A DNA stretch of 64,000 bases from an uncultured Gaiellales bacterium (GCA_964496175.1 CAZBYA010000005.1:6481-70480); one strand, 5' to 3'; shown: positions 1-7,969, numbered from the stretch's first letter. Translations and numbers: made by a program. Notes: a model not told the origin generated them from the letters alone.

Positions 1-123
1 TGCGAATGCTGGACTCGATCGCCGCAGTCGGAACCGAGTTCACCGCTGCAGCTGCCTGGCTGGTCGTGCGACGCATACCGGCGGCAGCCACCATGCGTTC
101 GTAGCGGGCATCACCGCGGGGCC

Positions 124-1401
124 CTAGAGGCCGACGGCCTGCGCGAGCAGGAAGACGTTCAGGGCGACGATCGTCGCCGCGACGACGGCGGCGACGGCCG
201 TCGTCGCCGCGCGGTTGACGAGCGCGCCCATCACGTCGCGCCGGGCGGTGAAGACCACGAGCGGGACGAGGGCGAACGGGATCCCGAACGAGAGCACGAC
301 CTGCGAGAGGACGAGCGTCCGCGACGCGTCGACGCCGAGGCCGATCACCACGAACGCCGGCGCCATCGTCACCAGCCGGCGGAGCGCGAGCGGGATCTGC
401 CGCCGCACGAAGCCCTGCATCACCACCTGCCCCGAGAGGGTGCCGACGGCAGAGCTCGAGAGGCCCGAGGCGATCAGCGCGAGCGCGAACAGCGCGCTGG
501 AGGCGCCGCCGAGGATCGGCTCGAGCGTCCGGTGCGCTCCCACCAGCGAGTCGACGTTCTCGAGTCCCTTGCGGAAGAACGTCGCCGCCGCCATCACGAG
601 CATGGCGACGTTGATCGCGCCGGCGATCGTCATCGCGATCACGACGTCGATGCGCGTGTAGCGCAGCAGCGTCTGCGCGTCCTCGTCCGTCTCCGGGACG
701 AGGCGGTCCTGCGTCAGCGCGGAGTGGAGGTAGATGACGTGCGGCATGACGGTGGCGCCGAGGATGCCGACGGACAACAGCACGGCCTCGCGGTTGCCGA
801 ACGCGGGGTCGACCGCGTGTGTGAGCACCGCCCCGTAGTCGGGGTGCGCGAAGGCGAGCTCCGCGAGGTACGAGACGCCGATCACGCCGACGAGCGTCGC
901 GATCAGCGCCTCGAACGGGCGCAGGCCGAACCGCTGGAGCTCGAGGATCGCGAACGCCGCGACGCCGGCGACGAGGGCGGACGGGAACAGCCCGAGCCCG
1001 GTCAGCAGCGAGATCCCGATCGCGGCGCCGAGGAACTCGGCGAGGTCGGTCGCCATCGCGATCACCTCCGCCTGCACCCACAGCAGCGCCACGGCGCGGC
1101 GAGGCAACCGGTCGCGGCAGACCTCCGGGAGGTTCTGTCCCGTCGCGATCCCGAGCTTCGCGGACAGCGTCTGGATCAGCATCGCGAGCAGGTTCGCGAG
1201 CACGATCACCCAGACGAGCCGGTAGCCGAACTTCGACCCGCCGGCGACGTTGGTCGCGAAGTTGCCCGGGTCGATGTACGCGACGCAGGCGATGAAGGCC
1301 GGCCCGAGGAAGGGGAGGATGCGGAAGCGCGTGCGGTGGAGGGCCTCGTCGACGGTGCGGAGGCCGGCCGGCAGCTCCTGCCCGACGCGGGACGCGATCA
1401 C
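124..1401 (-). CDS. mntH: NRAMP-family divalent metal (Mn2+/Fe2+):H+ symporter
   Basis: 425-aa ORF with many hydrophobic segments. NRAMP hallmark 'AYIDPGNFATN' lies near the N-terminus. GC3 is high. The GTG start lies 20 nt after the hpt stop. Confidence 0.9.
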   Translation of the reverse strand: MIASRVGQELPAGLRTVDEALHRTRFRILPFLGPAFIACVAYIDPGNFATNVAGGSKFGYRLVWVIVLANLLAMLIQTLSAKLGIATGQNLPEVCRDRLPRRAVALLWVQAEVIAMATDLAEFLGAAIGISLLTGLGLFPSALVAGVAAFAILELQRFGLRPFEALIATLVGVIGVSYLAELAFAHPDYGAVLTHAVDPAFGNREAVLLSVGILGATVMPHVIYLHSALTQDRLVPETDEDAQTLLRYTRIDVVIAMTIAGAINVAMLVMAAATFFRKGLENVDSLVGAHRTLEPILGGASSALFALALIASGLSSSAVGTLSGQVVMQGFVRRQIPLALRRLVTMAPAFVVIGLGVDASRTLVLSQVVLSFGIPFALVPLVVFTARRDVMGALVNRAATTAVAAVVAATIVALNVFLLAQAVGL

Positions 1402-1408
1402 CCCGGAA

Positions 1409-1428
1409 AGTTTAGCCGTGACTAAATC
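1409..1428. promoter_or_regulatory. AT-rich inverted repeat (TTTAG-N6-CTAAA); candidate DtxR/MntR-type operator just upstream of mntH
   Basis: The plus-strand sequence 'agtttagccgtgactaaatc' sits in the 20-nt gap between the hpt stop (1422-1424) and the mntH start (1399-1401). It is unusually AT-rich for this DNA. No consensus scoring was possible. Confidence 0.25.
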
Positions 1429-1961
1429 TGCCGCAGCAGGCGCAGGTCCGGCAGGTTCCGGTAGCGCTCCCCGAGCTCGAAGCCGTAGCCGACGAAGAAC
1501 TCGTCCGGGATCGTGAAGCCCACGTAGCGCACCGGCAGGTCGTCCACGAGCCGGCGGTAGGGCCGGTCGAAGAGGGTCGCGATGCAGAGCGAGGCGGGCC
1601 GGCGGATCGCCAGCGACCGCACGAGGTAGTGCATCGTCATGCCGGTGTCGATCACCGCGTCGATCAGCACCACGTCGCGCCCATCGATCTCGGTGTCGAG
1701 GTCCTTGAGGAAGCGGATGCCGTCGCCGCCCTGCCCATAGCCGGCCAGCTCGACGAAGTCGAGCTCGTGGTGGATCTCGAGGTTGCGGGAGAGGTCGCAG
1801 ACGAAGGGAATGCAGGCCTTCAGCGAGCCGACGAGCAGCGGCTCCCGGCCGGCGTAGTCGCGGTCGAGCTCGGCCCCCAGCTCGCGGACGCGCGCGCCGA
1901 TCTCCTCGGCGGCGAGGAAGACCTCGCCGATGCGCTCGTCGCGGGCGGCCAGGGTGCTCAG
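1422..1961 (-). CDS. hpt: Hypoxanthine/guanine phosphoribosyltransferase
   Basis: The C-terminal ~180 aa of the 290-aa track ORF look like 6-oxopurine PRTases (PRPP loop 'VVLIDAVIDTGMTM', 'GFTIPDEFFVGYGFE'). The upstream part of that ORF is an Arg-rich shadow of the neighbouring gene. No in-frame ATG/GTG/TTG exists between 1961 and 2292, so the start is placed at CTG 1959-1961. The 5' end is uncertain. Confidence 0.8.
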   Translation of the reverse strand: MSTLAARDERIGEVFLAAEEIGARVRELGAELDRDYAGREPLLVGSLKACIPFVCDLSRNLEIHHELDFVELAGYGQGGDGIRFLKDLDTEIDGRDVVLIDAVIDTGMTMHYLVRSLAIRRPASLCIATLFDRPYRRLVDDLPVRYVGFTIPDEFFVGYGFELGERYRNLPDLRLLRQI

Positions 1962-2326
1962 GACGCCTTCCGCAGGCCGTACCGGGCCGCCAGGCGTTCG
2001 AAGTCGCGCTCGTAGAAGAGCTTGATCTTGACGTCGGGGTAGAGCTGCCGCAGCTTGCGCAGCTTCCGGTTCTTCCGCGTGACCAGCGACTGCTTCATCA
2101 CGGTCACCTCCAGGTAGAGATCCTGCTCCGGGAGGTAGAAGTCCGGCGTGAACGCCTCGGTGACGCGACCCTCCGCGTCGCGCTCGAGGACGAACGTGGT
2201 CGGCTCGTACTGCCAGGGGATGCCGTGCCAGTCGAGCACCTTGGCGTACTCGAGTTCCGCGGGGTTGGCGAAGCGCGGCGGTTCTGCACCGCAATATGCC
2301 TGGAAAACAGGCGTTTCCGGCACCAC
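1958..2326 (-). CDS. Small PD-(D/E)xK nuclease-like protein resembling phage T7 endonuclease I family
   Basis: The frame is strongly GC3-rich. 'AELEYAKVLDWHGIPWQYEP...FTPDFYLPEQDLYLEVT...RKNRKLRKLRQLYPDVKIKLFY' follows the E / (Y/F)TPDF / hydrophobic-E layout I recall for T7 endonuclease I. The start is set at GTG 2324-2326 to avoid overlap with the divergent gene. In-frame ATGs at 2405-2407 and 2390-2392 are alternatives. Confidence 0.55.
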   Translation of the reverse strand: MVPETPVFQAYCGAEPPRFANPAELEYAKVLDWHGIPWQYEPTTFVLERDAEGRVTEAFTPDFYLPEQDLYLEVTVMKQSLVTRKNRKLRKLRQLYPDVKIKLFYERDFERLAARYGLRKAS

Positions 2327-2371
2327 TTCAGCCAGGGTAGCAGCGGCCTCGGATGCTCTAGAGTCACCGCG

Positions 2372-3163
2372 GTGCCCTCGACGATCGCCCATCTCTCCGA
2401 TCTCCATTGCGGCGAACCTCACTTCGTACCGGACCTCCTGGAACGAGCGATTGCCGAGATCAACGACGTCAAACCAGAAATCGTCATTTGCACCGGCGAC
2501 TTGACCACCTTCGGGTTCAAGGCGGAGTACGCCGAGGCGAAGCGCTACCTCGACCGGATCGAGTGCGAGTCGCTCGTCGTCGTCCCGGGCAATCACGACT
2601 CGCGGAACGTCGGCTACGTCCACTTCGAGGAGCACTTCGGCGCCCGCTCGTCGGTGCTGCGCAAGGGCGGCGTGACCGTGGTGGCGGTCGACTCGACCGA
2701 GCCCGACCTCGACCACGGGCAGATCGGCCGCGGCCGCTACGGGTGGATCGAGGAGCAGTTCGCGGCCGAGCCGTCGGAGCTCAAGGTCTTCGTGCTGCAC
2801 CACCACCTGCTGCCGATCCCCGGCACCGGGCGGGAGCGGAACGTCGTCTACGACGCCGGCGACGCGCTCGAATGCCTGCAGCGCGCCGGCGCCCACCTGG
2901 TGCTCTCCGGCCACAAGCACGTGCCGTACGCGTGGAAGCTGGAGAACCTCTTCGTGGTCAACGCGGGGACGGTCTCGACCCTGCGCCTGCGCGGTCACAC
3001 GCGTCCCTGTTACAACCTGATCGAGGTCTCGGGCACGCACGTGGCCGTCTGGCGCCGCTACCCGTTCCACGGGCAGGAGCGGATCATCCAGTTCGACGTC
3101 GCGACCGGCGAGTACGAGAAGTACACGGGCCGGATCGAGTCGGAGGTGACGGCGAAGCGGTGA
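2372..3163 (+). CDS. Calcineurin-like metallophosphoesterase
   Basis: Motifs present: 'IAHLSDLHCG', 'ICTGDLT', 'VPGNHD', 'VLHHH', 'LSGHKH'. GTG start at 2372. The stop overlaps the next gene's GTG (GTGA at 3160-3163). Confidence 0.85.
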   Translation: MPSTIAHLSDLHCGEPHFVPDLLERAIAEINDVKPEIVICTGDLTTFGFKAEYAEAKRYLDRIECESLVVVPGNHDSRNVGYVHFEEHFGARSSVLRKGGVTVVAVDSTEPDLDHGQIGRGRYGWIEEQFAAEPSELKVFVLHHHLLPIPGTGRERNVVYDAGDALECLQRAGAHLVLSGHKHVPYAWKLENLFVVNAGTVSTLRLRGHTRPCYNLIEVSGTHVAVWRRYPFHGQERIIQFDVATGEYEKYTGRIESEVTAKR

Positions 3164-4260
3164 CGCGAGCCGTTGCCCTTGTCGACGGGGAGCACTACCC
3201 GCCGGTGGTGCGCGAGGCGCTGGCGGCGCTGCCGTACGAGTGGGTGGGCGCGATCCTCGTCGGCGGGACGGAGAAGCTGCGCGGAAAGCTCGACTACGGC
3301 GTCCCGCTCGTCGACGGCTTCGGCGACGCGGAGGTGGTGGTGGACGTCTCGGACGAGCCGGTGCTCGGCCCGGCGGAGCGGTTCCGCTGGGCCTCGCGAG
3401 CGCTCGCCGCCGGGCTGCCGTACGTGGGCGCCGACTTCCGCTTCGACCCGCCCGAGCTGGCGCTGTTCGAGCTGCCGTCGGTCGCCGTGATCGGCACCGG
3501 CAAGCGCGTCGGCAAGACCGCCGTCGCCGTCCACCTGGCGCGGCTGTACGCGCGCGACCGGTCGGTCGTCGTCGTCTCGATGGGGCGCGGCGGCCCCGCC
3601 GAGCCGGAGCTCGTCGCGACGCCGCCGACGCTCGAGCAGCTCGTTGAGCGCTCGCGCGCCGGCGGCCACGCCGCGTCCGACCACCTCGAGACGGCGCTGC
3701 TCGCGGGCGTGCCGACGATCGGCTGCCGGCGCGCCGGCGGCGGGCTCGCGGGCGCCGTCCTCACCTCGAACCTCGCGGCCGGCGCCCGGCTGGCGGCGGA
3801 GCTGCGTCCCGACGTGGTCGTGTTCGACTCGAGCGGCGCCGCGATCCCCCCGGTCGCCGTCGACCGCCGCGTGCTGGTCACCGGCCGCGGCCGCGACGCC
3901 GACGGCTACCTGAACACGTACCGCCGGCTGATCTCCGACGTCGTCGTCGCCGACCCGGAGCTGCGCCTCCGGCCGACGGGGCCGCTCGAGGGCCGCGTCG
4001 CCGTCTTCACCGCGGGCGCGACCGACGTCGCACACCTCGACGCCGACGTCGTCCACGTTTCGACGAGCCTCGCCGACCGCGAGGCGCTCCGCCGCGACCT
4101 GGTCGACGCCGACACGTACCTCGTCGAGCTGAAGGCCGCCGCGGTCGACGTCGTCGTCGAGCACGCGCTCGCGCAGGGCATCCGCGTCGTCGTCGCCGGC
4201 CACGACGTCGTCGGCGTCGACGACGAGGCGCTGCTCGCGCTCGCGCCGGTGGCTGCGTGA
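3160..4260 (+). CDS. cpgS: Cyclic 2,3-diphosphoglycerate synthetase-like protein
   Basis: 366 aa. 'LVDGEHYPPVV', P-loop 'VIGTGKRVGKTAV', 'MGRGGPAEPE', 'HAASDHLETALL', 'GCRRAGGGLAG', 'SGAAIPPV' and 'ELKAAAVDVV' match the motif series I recall from methanogen cDPG synthetases. Shorter than the ~460-aa archaeal enzymes. Confidence 0.75.
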   Translation: MTRAVALVDGEHYPPVVREALAALPYEWVGAILVGGTEKLRGKLDYGVPLVDGFGDAEVVVDVSDEPVLGPAERFRWASRALAAGLPYVGADFRFDPPELALFELPSVAVIGTGKRVGKTAVAVHLARLYARDRSVVVVSMGRGGPAEPELVATPPTLEQLVERSRAGGHAASDHLETALLAGVPTIGCRRAGGGLAGAVLTSNLAAGARLAAELRPDVVVFDSSGAAIPPVAVDRRVLVTGRGRDADGYLNTYRRLISDVVVADPELRLRPTGPLEGRVAVFTAGATDVAHLDADVVHVSTSLADREALRRDLVDADTYLVELKAAAVDVVVEHALAQGIRVVVAGHDVVGVDDEALLALAPVAA

Positions 4261-5165
4261 ACTCGAAGCCCAGGCACGGGACGCCGTTGCCGCTCGGCGA
4301 CGCGGAGTTCCCGTACTCGAAGGGCATGATGGCGCGCGCGCTGATCGCAGCCGGAGTCGCGCCCGAGCGCGCGTACCTGCTGGCGCAGCGGCTCGAGCTC
4401 GACCTGGCCGAGCGCGGCGAGCGCTCCGCGGGGATCGAGCGGCTGCTCGAGCTGGCGCGGGAGACGCTCGGCGTCGAGGAGGGGGAGCGCGCGACGCGGC
4501 GGCTCCAGCGCCTCGCCGACCTACAGGCCCTCGACGTGCCGCTGATCGTGCTCGTCGGCGGCACCACCGGCACGGGCAAGTCGACGGTGGCGGTGGAGGT
4601 CGCGCACCGCCTCGGGATCACGCGCGTCGCGTCGACCGACTTCATCCGGCAGACGATGCGCGCGTTCTTCTCGCGCGAATTCATGCCGGCGATCCACTAC
4701 TCGAGCTTCGAGGCGGGCCGGGCGGTCGAGCCCGACGTCACCGGCGACCCGACCGTGCTCGGCTTCGTCGAGCAGTGCCGCCAGGTCTGCGTGGGCGTCG
4801 AGGCGGCGGTTCACCGCGCGCTGACCGAGGGCTGGTCGATGGTGCTCGAGGGCGTGCACCTGGTGCCGGGGCTCGTCCCGGCGGCCGTTGACGGGGCGGT
4901 GCTGGTGCACGTCGTGATGGAGATCGCCGACGAGCAGGTGCACCGCACCCACTTCCACGTCCGCGACGCCGCCACGGGCGGCATCCGGCCGATGGAGAAG
5001 TACCTCGACCGGCTGGACGACATCCGCCGCATCCAGGGCTACGTCGTCGGCAGGGCCCGCCGCGAGGGGGTGGCGGTGGTCGAGAATGCGAACGTGGAGC
5101 GGACGATCGACGAGGTGCTCGACCTGGTGATGCAGGCCGCGGAGGGGGTGACGGCGCGCCCATGA
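4257..5165 (+). CDS. 2-phosphoglycerate kinase-like P-loop kinase
   Basis: GTG start overlaps the cpgS stop (GTGA). N-terminal 'FPYSKGMMARALIAAGVAPERAY', P-loop 'LVGGTTGTGKSTVA' and 'TDFIRQTMRAF...IHYSSFEAG' resemble archaeal 2-PG kinase. Confidence 0.75.
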   Translation: MNSKPRHGTPLPLGDAEFPYSKGMMARALIAAGVAPERAYLLAQRLELDLAERGERSAGIERLLELARETLGVEEGERATRRLQRLADLQALDVPLIVLVGGTTGTGKSTVAVEVAHRLGITRVASTDFIRQTMRAFFSREFMPAIHYSSFEAGRAVEPDVTGDPTVLGFVEQCRQVCVGVEAAVHRALTEGWSMVLEGVHLVPGLVPAAVDGAVLVHVVMEIADEQVHRTHFHVRDAATGGIRPMEKYLDRLDDIRRIQGYVVGRARREGVAVVENANVERTIDEVLDLVMQAAEGVTARP

Positions 5166-6145
5166 GCGAGCTGGAGGCGCCCCCGCGGCCCTTCTGCCAG
5201 TGCGAGAGCTTCGCGCGCGTGACCGAGCGCGCGGCGCTCGCCGGCGCGCGCTGGCTCGGGCGCGCCGACCAGGAGGCGGCCGAGGAGGCCGCGTTCTCGG
5301 GCGCGCGGCTCGCGCTGGAGCGGCTGCCGGTCGACGGTCAGATCGTGATCGGCGCGCACGAGGGCGCGGAGCAGCTGGCGGCCGGCACGTCGATCGGCGC
5401 GGGCGGCGAGGCGTACGACCTGGCGCTCGACCCGCTCGAGGGGCGCTCGGTGGTCGCCCGCGGCGGGACGAACGCGATCTCGATGATCGCCGCGTCGCCC
5501 CGCGGGTCGATGCCGTCGCTGCCCGACATGTACATGCGAAAGATGGCCGTCGGCCCGGTCGCGCGCGGCAAGATCGCGCTGTCGAAGCCCGTCGGCGACA
5601 ACATCCGCTCGATCGCCGACGCGCTCGGTCGCATGGTCAACGACATCACGGCGATCGTGCTCGACCGGCCGCGCCACCACGACCTGATCGAGGAGATCCG
5701 CGCGTCGGGCGCGCGCATCAAGCTGATCCAGGACGGCGACGTCACCGCCTCGATCAGCGCGGCGGTGCGCGGCACCAACGACCACCTCGCGATCGGAATC
5801 GGAGGCACGCGCCAGGCGGTGCTCGCGGCGGCGGCGCTGCGCTGCCTCGGCGGCGAGCTCCAGGCGCAGCTGTGGCCGACGCGACGGGCGGAGATCGAGG
5901 AGGCGCGGGCGCACGGCGTCGAGGACGTCGACCGCGTCTTCACGATCGACGACCTCGCCCCGCAGGAGGTGATCGTCGCGGCGACCGGCGTCTCGAACGG
6001 CGACCTGCTGCGCGGCGTCCGCTTCCTCGCCGACTCGGCCCGCACGCACTCGCTCGTCATGTGCACCCGCTGCAACTGGGTGCGCTTCGTCGACGGCATC
6101 CACTTCTTCGCACGCGAGCGGCGCGAGGAGGTCCGGCTCAGTTAG
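5162..6145 (+). CDS. glpX: Class II fructose-1,6-bisphosphatase
   Basis: ATGA overlap with the preceding gene. The 327-aa product shows GlpX-type sequence throughout ('LALDPLEG', 'KLIQDGDV', 'IGIGGTRQAVLAAAALRCLGGELQ'). Confidence 0.9.
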   Translation: MSELEAPPRPFCQCESFARVTERAALAGARWLGRADQEAAEEAAFSGARLALERLPVDGQIVIGAHEGAEQLAAGTSIGAGGEAYDLALDPLEGRSVVARGGTNAISMIAASPRGSMPSLPDMYMRKMAVGPVARGKIALSKPVGDNIRSIADALGRMVNDITAIVLDRPRHHDLIEEIRASGARIKLIQDGDVTASISAAVRGTNDHLAIGIGGTRQAVLAAAALRCLGGELQAQLWPTRRAEIEEARAHGVEDVDRVFTIDDLAPQEVIVAATGVSNGDLLRGVRFLADSARTHSLVMCTRCNWVRFVDGIHFFARERREEVRLS

Positions 6146-6154
6146 CCTCCCGCC

Positions 6155-6454
6155 ATGCCCAGCCAGGAAGAGGTCGTCGAGGCGCTGCGCCAGGTCGAGG
6201 ACCCGGAGCTCGGGATGGACATCGTCGAGCTCGGGCTCTTCTACGACGCCGAGATCGAGGGCCAGGCGGTGAAGGTCCGCTACACGCTGACGTCGATGGG
6301 GTGCCCGGCGGGACCGCTGATCCAGGAGGACATCGAGCGCGTCCTGCACGAGATCCCCGGCGTCGAGTCGGTCGAGAGCGAGCTCGTCTTCGACCCGCCC
6401 TGGACGCCGGACAAGATGTCCGACGACGCGAAGTTCATCCTCGGCTTCGGCTAG
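6155..6454 (+). CDS. DUF59/MIP18-family Fe-S cluster assembly factor (SufT/PaaD-like)
   Basis: 99 aa. 'VVEALRQVEDPELGMDIVELGL' and 'TLTSMGCPAG' are typical of DUF59 proteins. Confidence 0.85.
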   Translation: MPSQEEVVEALRQVEDPELGMDIVELGLFYDAEIEGQAVKVRYTLTSMGCPAGPLIQEDIERVLHEIPGVESVESELVFDPPWTPDKMSDDAKFILGFG

Positions 6455-6656
6455 GCCCCGGCGTCGCAGGAGGCGGTCGACACGCTGCGCTTCGCGGCTC
6501 TGATCGTCCCGATTGGACATCAACCATTCGGATGATCTTCGGTCGCGGGCCGACCGAGTACACCCTTCGGGTTATGTGCATGTCCCGTTCTCAGCTTCAG
6601 CGTGACGCGACCGCGCCGCCGCCGGGGCAGCGCCAACGCACGAAGGAGGTCACGTC

Positions 6657-7112
6657 ATGAAACGGGTGGCGATCTTGGCGGTTCTCGTCCTCACCCTGGG
6701 ACTCCTCGCGGCCGCGTCCGCGTCGATTGCAAGCGCGAAGCCGATCGGGGACGTGCTCTGCGGTCAGACGTGTGGCGGTGGGGGCGGAACGACCCAGTGT
6801 GGAACCGCGTCTGGCCAGGACCACTGGGACGACGGATTCATCGGCGACTGGTACACCGTCTACCTCGGCGTGAACTTCTGCTGGAACGGCTCAACGATCG
6901 TGTCGGCCTCGATTCAGCAGGACGGCTGCCGCGCCGGTGGCATCTACGGCTGCGGAAGCACGAACGGCCCCTTCTTGGTCGGGGGAGGTCCCGGCCAGGG
7001 CTTCGCCCACTACACGTACAACGCCAACGTGATCCTTGAGACGACGCCCCCGAACACGTACAACAAGACGGTGGATTGCTACGTGTACGCGAGTGGGAGC
7101 TGGAGCTGCTGA
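6657..7112 (+). CDS. Secreted Cys-rich hypothetical protein
   Basis: The SD 'aaggagg' lies 7 nt upstream of the ATG. Signal peptide 'MKRVAILAVLVLTLGLLAAASASIASA'. The mature part contains 8 Cys. More A/T-ending codons than in neighbouring genes. Confidence 0.6.
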   Translation: MKRVAILAVLVLTLGLLAAASASIASAKPIGDVLCGQTCGGGGGTTQCGTASGQDHWDDGFIGDWYTVYLGVNFCWNGSTIVSASIQQDGCRAGGIYGCGSTNGPFLVGGGPGQGFAHYTYNANVILETTPPNTYNKTVDCYVYASGSWSC

Positions 7113-7207
7113 CCGGACTGACCCGCATCCTGATCGGCTTGATCCTGATCGTGGTGGGCATCCCGGTGATTCTGTTCCTGGTGGTCAGGGTCGGGCACCT
7201 GTTCTAG
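7076..7207 (+). CDS. Candidate small hydrophobic peptide (up to 43 aa; below the ORF-track cutoff)
   Basis: Frame translated by hand gives '(M)LRVREWELELLTGLTRILIGLILIVVGIPVILFLVVRVGHLF*', with one clear TM helix and mostly G/C-ending codons. The start is ambiguous: TTG 7076, TTG 7139 or GTG 7151. It overlaps the 3' end of the preceding gene. Confidence 0.3.
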   Translation: MLRVREWELELLTGLTRILIGLILIVVGIPVILFLVVRVGHLF

Positions 7208-7217
7208 GGCGCAGAAG

Positions 7218-7251
7218 GGTGGTCCGGTTCGCGCTTGCGAGCCGGGCCACC
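7218..7251 (+). terminator. Strand-specific hairpin after the secreted-protein/small-ORF unit
   Basis: GGTGGTCCGGTTCGC-GCTT-GCGAGCCGGGCCACC forms a 15-bp stem whose two non-Watson-Crick positions are G-U pairs only in the plus-strand RNA. It is followed by 'ttcacg', so there is no real U-tract. Confidence 0.4.
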
Positions 7252-7438
7252 TTCACGTCGATCCGCCATGCCGGACGTGAACAGGGGTAGTCTCCGGGCA
7301 GGCTGACAGCTGCGAGCGTCCCTCGATCGAGGGACTCGCGTCCATGCCGTTTGCATACCGCCCCGCCCCTCGGCTTCCCACCGGGCGCCGCGACAGTGCC
7401 TCCTGCAAGCGACGAACGACCCCAGGAGAGAACACACC

Positions 7439-7969
7439 ATGCAGCGGCGGCTCCTCATCATCATCGGTATCGCGGCGGTGGCCCTTGCGGCGGCCACAGC
7501 GGCGGCGGCCTCGACCCTGACGACAACGGCGACGGTCACCGGCACGGCCGGGATCTCGCTCAACCTCCCGTCGAACCCGTCGGTCTCCGACACGCTCGAC
7601 GGCACCGATCAGACCGTCACGTACGCCCCCGTGCTCGGCGTCGTCGACGCCCGCGGCACCGGCGCCGGCTGGAACGTGACGATCGCGGCGACCACCTTCT
7701 CCGACGGCTCCGGCCACTCGCTCGCCGCCGGCACCGTCACCGGTGTCAGCGCGGCCTGTCACAGCGGCTCGACCTGCACCGCGGCGACCAACGCGATCAC
7801 CTACCCGCTGACGCTCAGCGCGACGGCGGCGAAGGTCTTCAACGCGGCCGCCAACACCGGCCTCGGCAAGGTCGACGTCACCCCGACCGTCTCCGTGGCG
7901 ATCCCCGGCAACTCCTACGCCGGCAGCTACACCTCGACCGTCACGCTCGCGACCGTCAGCGGCCCGTAA
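7439..7969 (+). CDS. Secreted WxL-domain-like surface protein
   Basis: Signal peptide 'MQRRLLIIIGIAAVALAAATAAAA'. 'VVDARGTGAGWNVTIAATTFSDG' and the C-terminal 'GSYTSTVTLATV' resemble WxL-type domains. Confidence 0.55.
   Translation: MQRRLLIIIGIAAVALAAATAAAASTLTTTATVTGTAGISLNLPSNPSVSDTLDGTDQTVTYAPVLGVVDARGTGAGWNVTIAATTFSDGSGHSLAAGTVTGVSAACHSGSTCTAATNAITYPLTLSATAAKVFNAAANTGLGKVDVTPTVSVAIPGNSYAGSYTSTVTLATVSGP

Noticed and set aside
1-123. Partial gene at the left edge (minus-strand 'MRRTTSQAAAAVNSVPTAAIESSIR...' running out of the window)
   Set aside because: Only about 25 codons are visible, with no motif and mixed third-position composition. It cannot be supported.
1422-2294. Full 290-aa version of the hpt ORF
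   Set aside because: The N-terminal ~110 aa are Arg/Pro/Gly-rich. They overlap a clearly coding, GC3-rich gene in another frame on the same strand.
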